Assembly (NCBI RefSeq): GCF_006345805.1
Contig: NC_043005.1
Span: forward strand, 63,984,001-64,048,000
Direction of reading: 5' to 3'
Source: Octopus sinensis
Taxonomy: Eukaryota
DNA length: 64,000 bases
Shown: in pieces, positions 38,902 to 51,126 of the stretch
How positions within the stretch are numbered: the stretch's first letter is position 1
Layout of the letters: each line of letters begins with the position of its first letter
Notes under the pieces: generated by a model
What the model was told of the DNA's origin: nothing
The model's database searches: none
The model's input: the letters and a program-made list of their open reading frames with translations, nothing else
Program-made: the position numbers and the translations under genes

Positions 38902-40321
38902 TATATTGTATCTTTTCATTTGTCTTGCTCGCTTACGTTCTGGCATTTGCTAAATTTTCTTGAGAACATTCTTTTCTTAGTGGTAAGACCATAGCGGATC
39001 TTCTTCTAGCATAATGGATTTCCACTTACAGGGCATCCATTTTATATGTATGTAATACAATTTTTTTTTTGAAACTTCAGATTTTTCAATATGCTAGACC
39101 ACTGGTTTTAAATTGATATTAATCAAATTAATATCCAGTTTTTCACCCTTATTTCATATATATATAAATTACCTCAATTATTGAAACAGTGTATTTGGGA
39201 TTTGTTGTATATAAATGTACACGTCTTATTTAGTCTCACTAAATGTATATTCCTCTTCTAATAGAGAAATGAGTAGTTTTGCTGATTTTTCTCCCCTAAA
39301 CCTTTTTTGATTTGTATTGTCACCCGTCGGAAGAATCATAACAAATATATCTATAAATATATATCATATACAACGGCTGCTGTTTCTCTCTGTTTCTCAT
39401 TTCCTTTTGAAGAAACACTAGTATCAGCAGAATAGTTTGCCATTTATGCATGAAATATTGAAAATGTCTGCCTATTGTGCGTCTTTGCTAACGGTCAATA
39501 TCTATTGGATGCATGTGAAGTGAACACCATCACACCCACGTTCAGTATTTTATGTTCAGAGCTTTCATCTCCTACAGTTTTCAGTTATGGTTTTGTTGAT
39601 CAGTAATTTATCTTTACAGCCATATGCAGATCCTTTGGAAGTTTTCTTTCCGCTTTCCTGAAAATAAATTGTTTATTTTTCGAGATAATTATTATTTTAT
39701 CTTTTCACTTACCACCAGTGGAAGTATCTTGCAGGGGCTCATGAGTTTCTGGAAAATATTGGATTATATTCTAAGTTATTTTTGCGTTTATGTATGAATG
39801 TGCTGGTCTTGTATGGTCCTTTCTCATATTTTCTCTCGTTTACGGGGGACGGTAGGAATTTTACATTTCGAAACGTAACTTATTTTGCTGTCAGGCGATT
39901 AAAAACAAACTGAAAATACAGAATCTACTGAGGCCTCGGTATAAGAAGGTTCCAGTGAAACTGATATGACGATTATATGATTGCTAATTCTAGTATATCA
40001 ACGACTGGGTAAAGGCATTTTTTTTATTTGGCCTTTTATTAACAATCTTGTTGTTGTTTAAGCCAAGGTCAATCTAATCAAATAGACAAACGTATGATCA
40101 AAAACATTCCAAAGTGTCTACTCCGTACTTCATGTGTATGTAGAAATACATTATTTAATGTATCATCGCTTTTGTTCCTAAACTGTGGGGACTGATTTCG
40201 AGTGAAATTTTCTGCTGCTTGTAATAGACTGAAATGCCACTTAGTGACTCCTTTGCTTTGCTGGTTGGTGGACTTACTATTTGTCAAGACTGACGTTATT
40301 GTTTGTCTATAATAACAAAGG

Positions 40322-40575
40322 TGGAGGCACGTGGCTTAGTGGTTAGGGTGTCAGCATCATGATCTTAAGATTGTAGTTTCGATTCCTGGACCGGGCGACG
40401 CGTTGTGTTCTTGAACAAACCACTTCATTTCGCGTTGCTCCAGTCCACTCAGCTGGCGAAAATGAGTAACGCTGCGATGGACTGGCGTCCCGTCCTGCTA
40501 GGAAACACATACGCCATTGAAACCGGGAAACCGGGCCCATGAGCCTGGCTAGGCTTTAAAAGGGCGCATTTATTT
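40322..40575 (+). mobile_element. tRNA-derived SINE with V-domain-like segment
   Basis: A-box tggcttagtggt, B-box gtttcgattcc, and ctgcgatggactggcgtcccgtcc (V-SINE-like). Confidence 0.8.
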
Positions 40576-41744
40576 TCTATTTTATAATACCAAAGATGAT
40601 GTTCCTATCTGGCCTCCGCTATGATGACTAAAACCAAATAAAGAACTTCACAACTAACGATTATATTGTGATAATCTAAGTTATCCTTTTTCTAATAACG
40701 TTCTATGTAATGTTTACTGCACAAATACTAATATGAACGGCTCTCAGAAATCTATCAATATTATTAAAAAGAAAATCGATAAATAAACGAAGTAAGGGAA
40801 GTAATTAAAGTAACCCAATTAGGTTGATTAGGGTAAATAAGTTAAGGGGTGATATACTGAAAAACGCTCATGAACTAAAATTCCCTATTTAACCAAAGAA
40901 AGGATACAAAAAGTCCAGCTGAAAATGTTAGCGAGTCACAGAAACGGAAGAGATTTCTTAGAAATTAAGAATCAGAGTCAAAGTTAATAGACGTACTTAG
41001 AGAAAGGTAAGTTTGATCTTTGCATGCAAGAGTCAATTATAGCTGTGATTCATGTTTAGTATGATATAGAATATTTATTGTATGGACAGAATGACGCGAG
41101 TCTTAGTGGTCTATGTCAGTTCTCTCGACTCTCATAATATATCAACTATTGAAAAGCTGTTCATTTTTAATATTTCCTATTATTACATTTATCTAATTGT
41201 ATTTTAGATTTACTTTGTAAGGTTCTTGTTTTGTTTTTTTTTATTCTATCCGTTGGATGATGTATAATTGCTGCATATAACAAGAATGAAATAAAGCTTC
41301 ATGGGCACTGCATTCTCCGTACTTCTTAGCTGTAGGTAGTAACCTGTTTTCTGTCATATATTTATTATATTTTCTGTTATATATATATATTATATTTATT
41401 TAAGCCCACAGTAGGACACCACTTTCAACAATCAGAGAATGGCAAATATTTAATAACTAGTTTTTATGTTTTAAATAATTTTTTCTTTCCTTTTCTTTTG
41501 CTTTAATTTTTTGTTTTTGTCAGTCGTTTTAATAACCGAATCGCAAAATTTATTGCATTAAAACTGGTTTATCAGTAAACGTCGTTTGTTCTGACTTGAA
41601 TATCATGTTAATGTGTCTATATTCTTTTCTATTTTTTCCATTCATTTATTATATAATATTCATATAGTCTATATCTTTAAACTTGCATTTGTTCTAGTTC
41701 CTTCCATTTCTACATCTTAACTACACACCACACATATATATATA

Positions 41745-41842
<98 letters not shown>

Positions 41843-41845
41843 ATA

Positions 41846-41879
<34 letters not shown>

Positions 41880-41939
41880 CCATATATATATCCATATATA
41901 TATATATATATATATCCATATATATCCATATATATATAT

Positions 41940-42002
<63 letters not shown>

Positions 42003-42282
42003 AAACATTATTACAACGCCAATATCCCTCCACCCTTATAGAGTATGGAATAAAACGCGCAAAAGAACTGGACAACATTACACTGAAAACCACCCAACCC
42101 AACACCACACACAACCCCAAAATACTTCCATACATTTCCAACCACAACCCCAAAAATACCGAAGCATACACCACAGTTATACAAAACCTCAGTCTACTGT
42201 CAACAGACCCAAAAATGAAAAACATTATAAATACACACAAAATCCTCAAATGTAAAAGGCAACACAAATCTTAAAAAAACTC

Positions 42283-42738
42283 TTGACAAATGCCAAACTT
42301 CACACACTACATCCATCCCCAGCAGTTAAAAAATGTGCACGCCTAAACTGTGGCACCTGCCCCTTCCTACTTGAAGGCTCTGAATTTATCTTCAAAGAAG
42401 GAACGAAGTTTAAAATCAAGACCAACTTCTCCTGTTCCTCTGAGAACCTTATCTACGTTCTCACATGCGCTGGTTGCCAACATAATTATGTTGGACAAAC
42501 GAGCCTCCCGTTACGTAAAAGAGTAGCGGTGCATAAAGAACAAATAAATCTCCCGGAATACCGGCAAATCCCACTGAGTGACCACATAGACTCATGCGCT
42601 AAAGACAAAAATCCCAAATTCTACATATTCCCCTTCTACCAATGTAAAGACGGAATAACCACACAGGAGAGAATTAACAAGGAGAATCTCTTTATTGAAA
42701 AATTCAAAACGCATCTTAATATGCAAACTCCTCGTTGA
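42283..42738 (+). pseudogene. GIY-YIG endonuclease domain of the PLE ORF (C-terminal part)
   Basis: CARLNCGTC Cys motif, NLIYVLTCAGC..YVGQT..R...H..HIDSC..E..FI..F...LN. The C-x4-C-x2-C linker is typical of Neptune-clade PLEs. Confidence 0.9.
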
Positions 42739-43392
42739 TCATACTTCTTGGATGGACTAACACAAATATATAAGGATACCATGCAGTCATCACTTCAAGC
42801 TAAAACTTATATTCTTTAAATATTATTATTATTGTTGTTATTATTACTATCATTTTTATTATATATGACATAACAATCTGAAATGTAATTATAAATTGGT
42901 TTATGCAAATTTATATAATTAGAAAACAATATAAATAAAGTGTTAAAATCTGAATGTTAAGTTAGCAAACAGTTATATGAAAAAGATAATGCAAATGAAG
43001 CTAAAATGATAATTTTATAATTTAAGGTTTATCAACACCCTTTATTACAAAAAACTGATAAACACAAATTGAAGAGCTTAAAACCCATAAAGTTGTCTCC
43101 CCTTATTCACAACACAGGAACTGGACTACTACTACTTCCTGTTTTGCCATGCACTTAACAGACACCCTTAATTAAATTAAACAACACATAGATTTAATCC
43201 CATTGGATCTCAATACTTCAAGGTAATTTTTTCGTGAACAATCATTAAACTCAAGATACACAAATATTTTACAATGTATCGGAGTACCTATTTTTTAATT
43301 TTTGTATATATTTATTTTTATTTTTTGCAAAAAAACAATGTAATTTTCTTTTTTTCCCCCTCCTCACTTTTAAAAAAATTTGTTTTCTTTAC

Positions 43393-43434
43393 AATTCTTG
43401 AAAAGTCACATTATGACGAAAACCGGTTTGAAGT
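43393..43434 (+). ncRNA. Hammerhead with U3-A8 covariant core in the PLE 3' pLTR
   Basis: AATTC TTGAAAA GTCA catta TGAC GAAA ACCGGT T T GAAgT; sense orientation relative to the GIY-YIG ORF. Confidence 0.8.
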
Positions 43435-43590
43435 AACATATATATTTTATCAATTTTTCAAAAACTTTTCCATACACCCATTTTCATTAAAATTTTCTTT
43501 CAATTTAGCATTCTGTTTTTTTACAATTTTTCCTTGCTTATCATTTCTCCACGTGCAGTCAACACAACCCCACCATTTATTGATCTATAT

Positions 43591-43679
<89 letters not shown>

Positions 43680-43958
43680 CCATATATATATCCATATATA
43701 TATATATATATATCCATATATATATATTATATATATATCCATATATATATATATATCCATTTATATATCCATATATATATATACGCTTAAATATTTGTTG
43801 TGCAAGATTTTTTATGTGAAGTCGTGTGTTGAAACAGATATTGTTATATTTCGGATGGTCATATTGCCAGTTTAGCCAATAAAAACACACGCACTATATA
43901 TTTGGTGTTATTTTGCTTCAGTGTTATTTATTTTTTACATTAATCTTAATCTTATTTC

Positions 43959-44003
43959 GGCCAGATTTCTTTCGTCACACTCCTGTGACCGCATCAGTGG
44001 TCC
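43959..44003 (-). ncRNA. Degenerate hammerhead motif in a TA-flanked module (43782-44335)
   Basis: Minus strand ggaCCA CTGATGC g GTCAC aggagt GTGAC GAAA gaaa TC TGGcc. Confidence 0.5.
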
Positions 44004-44334
44004 TTTGTTTTCTTCTTTCTTATTTGTGTCTCTCATTACTAAACGTCAGCCATTTTGTATTTCTATTGTACGTCTTCATTTGCGCATGCTTATATCTCTA
44101 TGTGCGTCTATGTCTATTTAGTGTGTGTATGTGGGGGGGTGCCTGTAATATTTGTATCTTCTGTTTATATATGTTCATGTAATTTGTATTTTGTTTTTGT
44201 TGTTTTTGTTTATTCTTATTTTGTTCATGTGTTTACATTCACTTATTATTATCATTACATATGCTTGTATGTATGTATGTATATATGTATAAAAACAATA
44301 CTAGTAATAATAATAATAAATCGAATCGAAAAAA

Positions 44335-44391
<57 letters not shown>

Positions 44392-44404
44392 AGTGTGTGT
44401 GGAT

Positions 44405-44603
44405 GTATGTTTCTCTGTGTGTTTGTCCCCCCAACATCGCTTGACAACCGATATTGGTGTGTTTACGTACCCGTAACTTAGCAAAAGAGACTGATAGAAT
44501 AAGTACTAGGCTTACAAAAAATAATTCCTGGGGTTGATTTGCTCAACTAAAGGTGATGCTCCAGCATGGCTGCAGTCAAATGAGTGAAACAAGTAAAAGA
44601 ATA
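44405..44603 (+). mobile_element. SINE family A, 3' half
   Basis: tttgtccccccaacatcgcttgacaacc..gaaacaagtaaaaga. Confidence 0.85.
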
Positions 44604-45419
44604 ATATATAGTCAAAATATGAGATCCAGAGATTCTCGGTATAGAAAACCCTTAGTAGCACTCAAATGATTCGAACTTAGTCTCTGCCGGGTAAGGAGTA
44701 GCTATAAAAGAAATCCAGGCGGGCACATATGGAAGCTATTATGTGAATAAGCAAATTAAATATAACAAGTTAGGCCTGATATATAAAATGCATATTTATG
44801 TTGTATATCAAACCCAAGGTGTTATACCTAATGTATTTATCTGCTTAATAGCCTACACACACACGCGCACGCGCATATATATTGTATATCAAACCCATAT
44901 ATACATACATAAATATATATGAAATATGACTTCATATGCATTCTTCACTTTCTTATGCTAACACTTTTTCTTCTCTGTAATATATAAGATATATCCACAC
45001 TAAACGTTTGCACTATTTATTATAACAAGTTCAGTTGGTTATCGTCATTCTCATAACGCTTTAAATCAACTGTATGTAAAAATATGGTTCGATTTAGTAT
45101 ATTTGTCGATTTAGTATAGTTGTGCTAGCACGGCGTAAAGCGACAACGAGAATGAATCTTGAAATATTTTTCTATTTATAGTAAATTCATTTGTCTATCG
45201 AAGCAATTTGTTTTGGACTTGTGTTCCAATTCTTCATCCTTCTTATCTATGCGACTACCTTCGTCTTGCTTTCCGCTGCAAGGATCTGTGAAAATATGAC
45301 ATTTTGTAAAAAAATTGTTTTTGTTAGTCAAGCAGCGCCATACATCAACACAAGACATTTAATAGTGCTCCACATTTATGGATTTTGAAGACACTTCCCA
45401 TTAATAAGGTAGGATCTTA

Positions 45420-45602
45420 ACGGCATTTCATCTGTGTATATGGTCCGAGTTCAAATTCCGCCACGATCGATTTTGTCTTTCGTCCTTTCGGGGTCGATAA
45501 AATTAGTCCAACTTCATTACTAGGGTCGATGTAATCGACTTACCCACATTTCTCAAGCTGCCCTTGTAGCAAAAATTTGAAATGATAATGATAATGATAA
45601 TG

Positions 45603-45661
<59 letters not shown>

Positions 45662-47110
45662 GTCCATGAGCTGGCAAAATCTTTAGCACGCCGAAGAAAA
45701 TGCTTAACAGCATTTCGTCCGTCTTTACGTTCTGAGTTCAAATTTCGCCGAGGTCAGCTTTGTGTTTCATACATTCGGGGTCGATAATGTAAGTGCCAGC
45801 TGAGCAGTGGGGTCGATGTAATCGACATATTCCTTCCATTGAAATTGCCGGCCTTGTGCCAGCAGAATCGTTAGCAATCCGGTCAAAATACATAGTGACA
45901 TTTCAACCGTTCTTGCGTCCTCTGTTCAAATTCCATCGAGGTCGATTTTGCCGTTTATCCTTTCAGGAATTTTGCAATCAGTACCAGTTGAACACTGGGT
46001 TCAAAGTAATCCTCCAGTCTTCACCCCAACAATTTCAGGCCTTGTGCCTATAATAGAATGAATTAATATTATATATTAATGCGGCGAGCTGCCAGAATCG
46101 TTAGCGCATCGGTCAAAGTACTTAGCTACATTTCTTCTGGATTGCTATGATCTGAGTTCAAATCCCGCCGATGTCAACTTTGCCCTTCATCCTTTCGGGG
46201 TCGGAAAGCTAAAGTACCATTCATGTCCTGGTGTCAAAATATTCGACTTGCCTCTTTCCCTGAAATTGCTTGCCTTGCACTAAATTCTAGGACTGTTAAA
46301 ACTGCGAGCTAGAAGAATCGTTGGCGCATCTGTTAAAACGTTTAACAGCACTCCTTCCGACTCTCTAGGTCCTGGTTTCAAATCCTGATGAGGTCTGCTT
46401 TGCCCTTCATTTTCTCGGAACCCTTGAAATACAGAACCTGTTAAGTTTTGGGGTCGATTACATCGACCCTTCACTCCAAATTTTAAATCTTGTACCTATA
46501 TCAGACAAAATAAGGTGGCGAGCTACAAGAAGCATTAATGTTTCAGGCATAATGCTTAGAGCTGGCTATTTACACCTTTAGCTCAAATGTTCCGCTTCCT
46601 TACGCTCTGAGTTCAAATGCTGCCACATCAACTTTGCATTTGTGCTTTTATGGTTGATAAAATAACAGTACTATGGAAGTAGTGGGGATGACATAATCAT
46701 ATAGTTCCCATCCCTCAAAATGTCAGGCCTTCTGCCCAAAATAAAATGAATTATTTTAAGGGGCGGTTGAATGGCAGAATCGTTAGAGCGTCTAAAGAAA
46801 TTCTTTGCCATATAGCTTCAAGCTCTTTACGGTGTGACCTCACGTTCCGCAGAGGTCAAGATTACCTTCTATCTCTCTCGTACCGAAAATATAACATACT
46901 AAATCACATACTTGGGTCGATGTAATCAATTAGTCTCCACTCCACCCCTCAGAATTGCTGGCCTTATACTTAAACTAGAAACAATTATTTTTTTAGTCTG
47001 AACAAGTTAAAGCAATTGCATTACTTCATGTCGGTTTGCATTCTGAGTTCAAATCGTCCTGAGGCCCGGCTCTGATTTTCATTGTTCTGTAATTGAAGAA
47101 GACGTACCGT
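45420..47110 (+). repeat. Head-to-tail array of about 8 diverged SINE family B units (~200-230 bp)
   Basis: Recurrent gagctggcagaatcgttag / ctgagttcaaat / ggggtcgat motifs starting near 45420, 45662, 45860, 46080, 46303, 46513, 46760 and 47030. Confidence 0.8.
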
Positions 47111-47320
47111 TTAAAGATTTAGGTTCATATATCCTTCAAAAATTAAAAGATTTAATATTTGTAAAACATAAGGGAGCAGAGATATCTGGAGTCCCACATA
47201 CTGCCTGAATTGGCAATTCTCTTCAGTATCTTTAGGATAGTAGTTTAATTTTCCCATTCTGTGCTTGTCTTTCACTGTCAGCTATTTCTCCAACCAATCC
47301 CTCGAAAAATCAGCTTCAAG

Positions 47321-47507
47321 TGGAGGCGCAATGGCCCAGTGGTTAGGGCAGCGGACTTACGGTCGTAAGAATGCGGTTTCGATTCCCAGACTGGGCATTG
47401 TGAGTGTTTATTGAGCAAAAACACCTAAGCTCCACGAGGCTCCGGCGTGGGTGGTGGTGAACCCCGCTGTACTCTTTCACCACAACTTTCTCTCACTCTT
47501 TCTTCCT
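47321..47507 (+). mobile_element. tRNA-derived SINE (third family, 5' part)
   Basis: tggaggcgcaatggcccagtggttagg..ggtttcgattccc A and B boxes. Confidence 0.75.
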
Positions 47508-47818
47508 ACTTCTTCCACAAAGGAGAGGAACCATGGTGTAACCCACTATGGTGTGGTAAACTTTCAGACCCTAGTCTAGATTGCGAATCCTCTGTACCCC
47601 AGGATGGTTCAGCTCTCCACCCGTTAAAAGACCACCGTTTACAGAATGAGGATAACAACGTAGCTTTCGCGCCCGTGCAACCGCCAGTCTATCGCGTGTG
47701 GTGGGTGGATCTTCAAGTTGCCACACGCATTTTTAGTAGCTTAGAGTAGGCTCGAATTAGAGATTATTCTTTGTGGCTAATGGTGTGAGTCCTGACTGGA
47801 AGAAGAAGAAGAAGAAGA
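47508..47818 (+). mobile_element. Retroelement 3' end with (GAA)n tail (RTE-like)
   Basis: GC-richer segment ending ..cctgactgg(aag)6. Confidence 0.45.
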
Positions 47819-49655
47819 CATCAGCTTCACGTAGTCTATTATCCTAGTAAAACGCATTTCAAACATTAGCTTTTGAAAATTTGCACCATTCACTTGTTTC
47901 AGTTGTTGCTGATCTTGTTGTACAGCAAAAGGCTCAGTTTCAAAATATTTTATATAAAATGTATTCCTCTATACAGCAATTTTGCATTTGTTATAAATTC
48001 TAGGTACGGCATTTTGTGCCATTTTCACATATATAGTTGCAGTAACTCGTTTTTTTTCTTAACTCATATTGTTTAATAATGCATTCTTAAGTTGTTTTAA
48101 CATATTTGTATCAAATATTTTACGCCCACATAGCAAAAGATTATTTCTTTATGTTGCCTACACACTATTTCTATCAATTACGTGTACTTTATTTATATAT
48201 TTATTATTTCGTGTTCTTGGCTTTTATAAGTTGTTGTGTCACGTTAAGAATGGAATTAGTTTCTTTTCATAGAGTTAAAAAAAATAATTCACAAATTTCC
48301 TTCTGCAGAATGACACCAGGCTTCATCGTTGCTAGACTTAGCCTCCAGGCAACTGTTTGTTGCTACACTTCAAACGACACGAAATTTGTAACAAAATAGA
48401 ATGTCAATTCCACTCAAATTGAATTTCAAAAATATTATAGTTCAAGTAAAACAAGTCGTTACCATCTGTAAATGAAGTCTGATTATAGTCTTGAATTTCA
48501 GTTTTATATTTTGTCTCTACATATTTATTAATTGATGTAAATGTTTAAGTATGTGCAAATTGATAACAATTTCCAAGGTGATAGATAAAGTAATGGATAA
48601 TGGTGTCTCACATTGTTCATAATTTCTGAAATATGAGGAGAAGGTATCAAATTGAGTTTAATCGTCTCTTCAGTGATGTGATCGATCTCATAAGGTAAAA
48701 GACCATCGTTATACAGAAAGGTTTAAGGAAACCAGTTTTCCACATATGTCAGCAATTAGTACGTAGAAACAGTTCAGAAATCGATTATATTGGTTTGTTG
48801 TGATCAAGAAAAGAATGTCGGCGCTTCTTCGTTATTATTCTGCAACGCATATTTTTCCACTGCCTTTTTAACATGACTAAATTATAAATTATAGACTGTC
48901 CATTTGATCATGATACACTAAGTAGACTATTTCGCAAATAAGATCATTATATGACTGTGTAAGAAAACTTTAACTTTTTGACAGCGTTAATCAATTTCAT
49001 GGTCATTCCTGTGCTGATGTTAAATATGCACTGAAAATAGGATTGACATTTTCTGCTTCTTCGATACATCTTCAGTATCTTCTGTAGGTACAGTTTTTCA
49101 TATCCACTACTAAAAGTATTTGATTCTTACTGTTTTATAGAGCAATACTTTATGTAATATGAGGTAAAAATTTCAGAAAATCTGAAAAAACTGTTTTGTA
49201 TGTGTGTGTTTTATATATATTACACACAATAATTTCGATTGCAGTAAAATCTTCATGCATAGTGGTATAATATATACGGATGCATGTGTGTGTGTGCACG
49301 CGCATCTGTGCATACTGCTTTTTTTAATAGCTTTGTATGGAAAAGGTGATGTGCTCATAGCCAGAAGAGTTGAGGTTCTTTTTCAAACAACAGCAGTTCG
49401 ACGACTAAAGAAAAAAGTATCGTTAAGGGGAGAATTCCAAAGTTATAATTTTCTGGAGAGAAAGCATTACGTTAGGATATATAACAGATGTGCCAATACA
49501 TAGACACGTATGTTTTTATGTATGTATGCCCATTTGCAAATTACTGCTAATTCGAGATATTGGGAGGCCGAGAAGTTTGAATTGCAAAACTAACTGGGGT
49601 TAGTTTCCACTTAGCGAAGAATAAGGAGAGGTCTTCTTTTTTTCAAAACCGTGTG

Positions 49656-49912
49656 GTAAAACTACTTTCTGCAGTTAAAGATAATAAAATTTTGTATGGA
49701 TATAACGGCTTTGAATTTTATTATCTTTAACTGCAGAAAGTAGTTTTACAAAATGAATGAAAAACAACGAAGATCAACGTATTTGGAAACATATATACCA
49801 TACAATGTCAAAGTTTAAAGTTTTATCAACGGTTGATAAAACTTTAAACTTTGACATTGTATGGTATATTTAGTTTCCAAATACGTTGATCTTCGTTGTT
49901 TTTCATTCATTT
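49656..49912. repeat. Two abutting hairpins
   Basis: Perfect 36-bp arms at 49656-49691/49714-49749. ~80-bp arms at 49751-49830/49832-49912 with a 1-nt loop and one small internal difference. Confidence 0.95.
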
Positions 49913-51126
49913 CATTTCGTTTTGAAATGCAGCCATAATAATGAAAAGCCGTCAAACACTCTAACAAGTTTCTTTCCCCGAAAGCAATGTTTCTGAGCAC
50001 AGAATAAATAGATCAAGATTAGTAACTCAGGAGAGAAAAAAAAAAGAGAAATCAACGTGTACGTATGCTTGCTTAATCGAGATCGCAATCTTAGAAATAT
50101 GCATAACAATGTCAATCCAGTTCAATTTGAACTCAAAATCCACAAAATATCATAACATATGGCGTCTGTCACAAAATTTCTTGCTTGGGGAATCATTGAT
50201 ATTCAGATGTTGACGCATCGTTGATTACTTTTTCCCCCTCGGGTCACAGATTCGAAGACAGAAATAGCTTTATTCAACGATAATAATATTGATAAAAACA
50301 TTCTAGATGACAGGCATGTGATTGTCCCTCAGTTATATCTGAATTGATTACTTGCTTTGAACGCAATAGGTCAGTGCACTACATTTCCCTGTTCGTTGTA
50401 TTTCTGTGACATACATCTATACTCTGCAAAATCAATCCTATTTATTATCTCACTTTCGATAATTACAAATCAAACTGAGTCTCAAATGAGATTATTCATG
50501 ACAGTTTAGACAAGGGAAGATTTGACCCATGTCATAATATTGATATAAATAGTATTTGAAATATGATTTATTGCTCTAAGAAAAATTTCCCAATGATTCC
50601 TTAGAACGGGGAAATGGATTTAGCTGGAAAATCATTTCCATTTACCAAACCACCAAACGTATATTCTGTGTCAGATACATATCATTAATGACGATTTCTC
50701 ATGAACTCGACGCAAAGCCGAATTTGTGTTAGGCAGGAAGTTTACTCGATCTCAGTAAATTACGGATGTTTTATGCCCCATGGCAAGATCGAAACTCAGA
50801 AGCCCGAGGGAAGAGATTAAGGACAATAAATCATTTAAGGTGAGCTAAACGGTATGAAAAACCTCTCTTGTCGTTTATCACTTTATCACAAATCATCACT
50901 AATTCTGTACGAAGAACACATTAAAACTAATTACTCTAGCTCCGACTGAAGTGTAAGGATTCTCAACATTGCAATAGTTTGGTTTCTGCTTGCTTACTCA
51001 ATTGTCAAGAGTGTTTGTTTTGAAAACCAAAATTTCAAGTAGTTTAGTGCGCTTAACAGTAACCTCGTGTAGTATTTCTGTACATATAGGTGCAGGTATG
51101 ACTGTATGGTAAGAAGCTAGCTTCCC

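Larger units (their letters stand above)
42003..43588 (+). mobile_element. 5'-truncated Penelope-like element, Neptune-type, inserted in (TA)n
   Basis: Linker frame 42005-42270 ([27 protein letters not shown]), 1-nt frameshift, then GIY-YIG, an AT-rich 3' pLTR with HHR, and a tail. TA microsatellite on both sides. Confidence 0.92.

Noticed and set aside
40322-40395. tRNA gene (also 47321-47395)
   Set aside because: A and B boxes are present, but the cloverleaf is imperfect and continues into a SINE body.
41515-41580. Minus-strand CTGATAA..AAAAC possible hammerhead
   Set aside because: Too degenerate; stems not convincing.
45420-47110. CRISPR-like periodic repeat
   Set aside because: Units are ~200-bp diverged SINEs, not short identical repeats with unique spacers; eukaryotic context and no cas genes.
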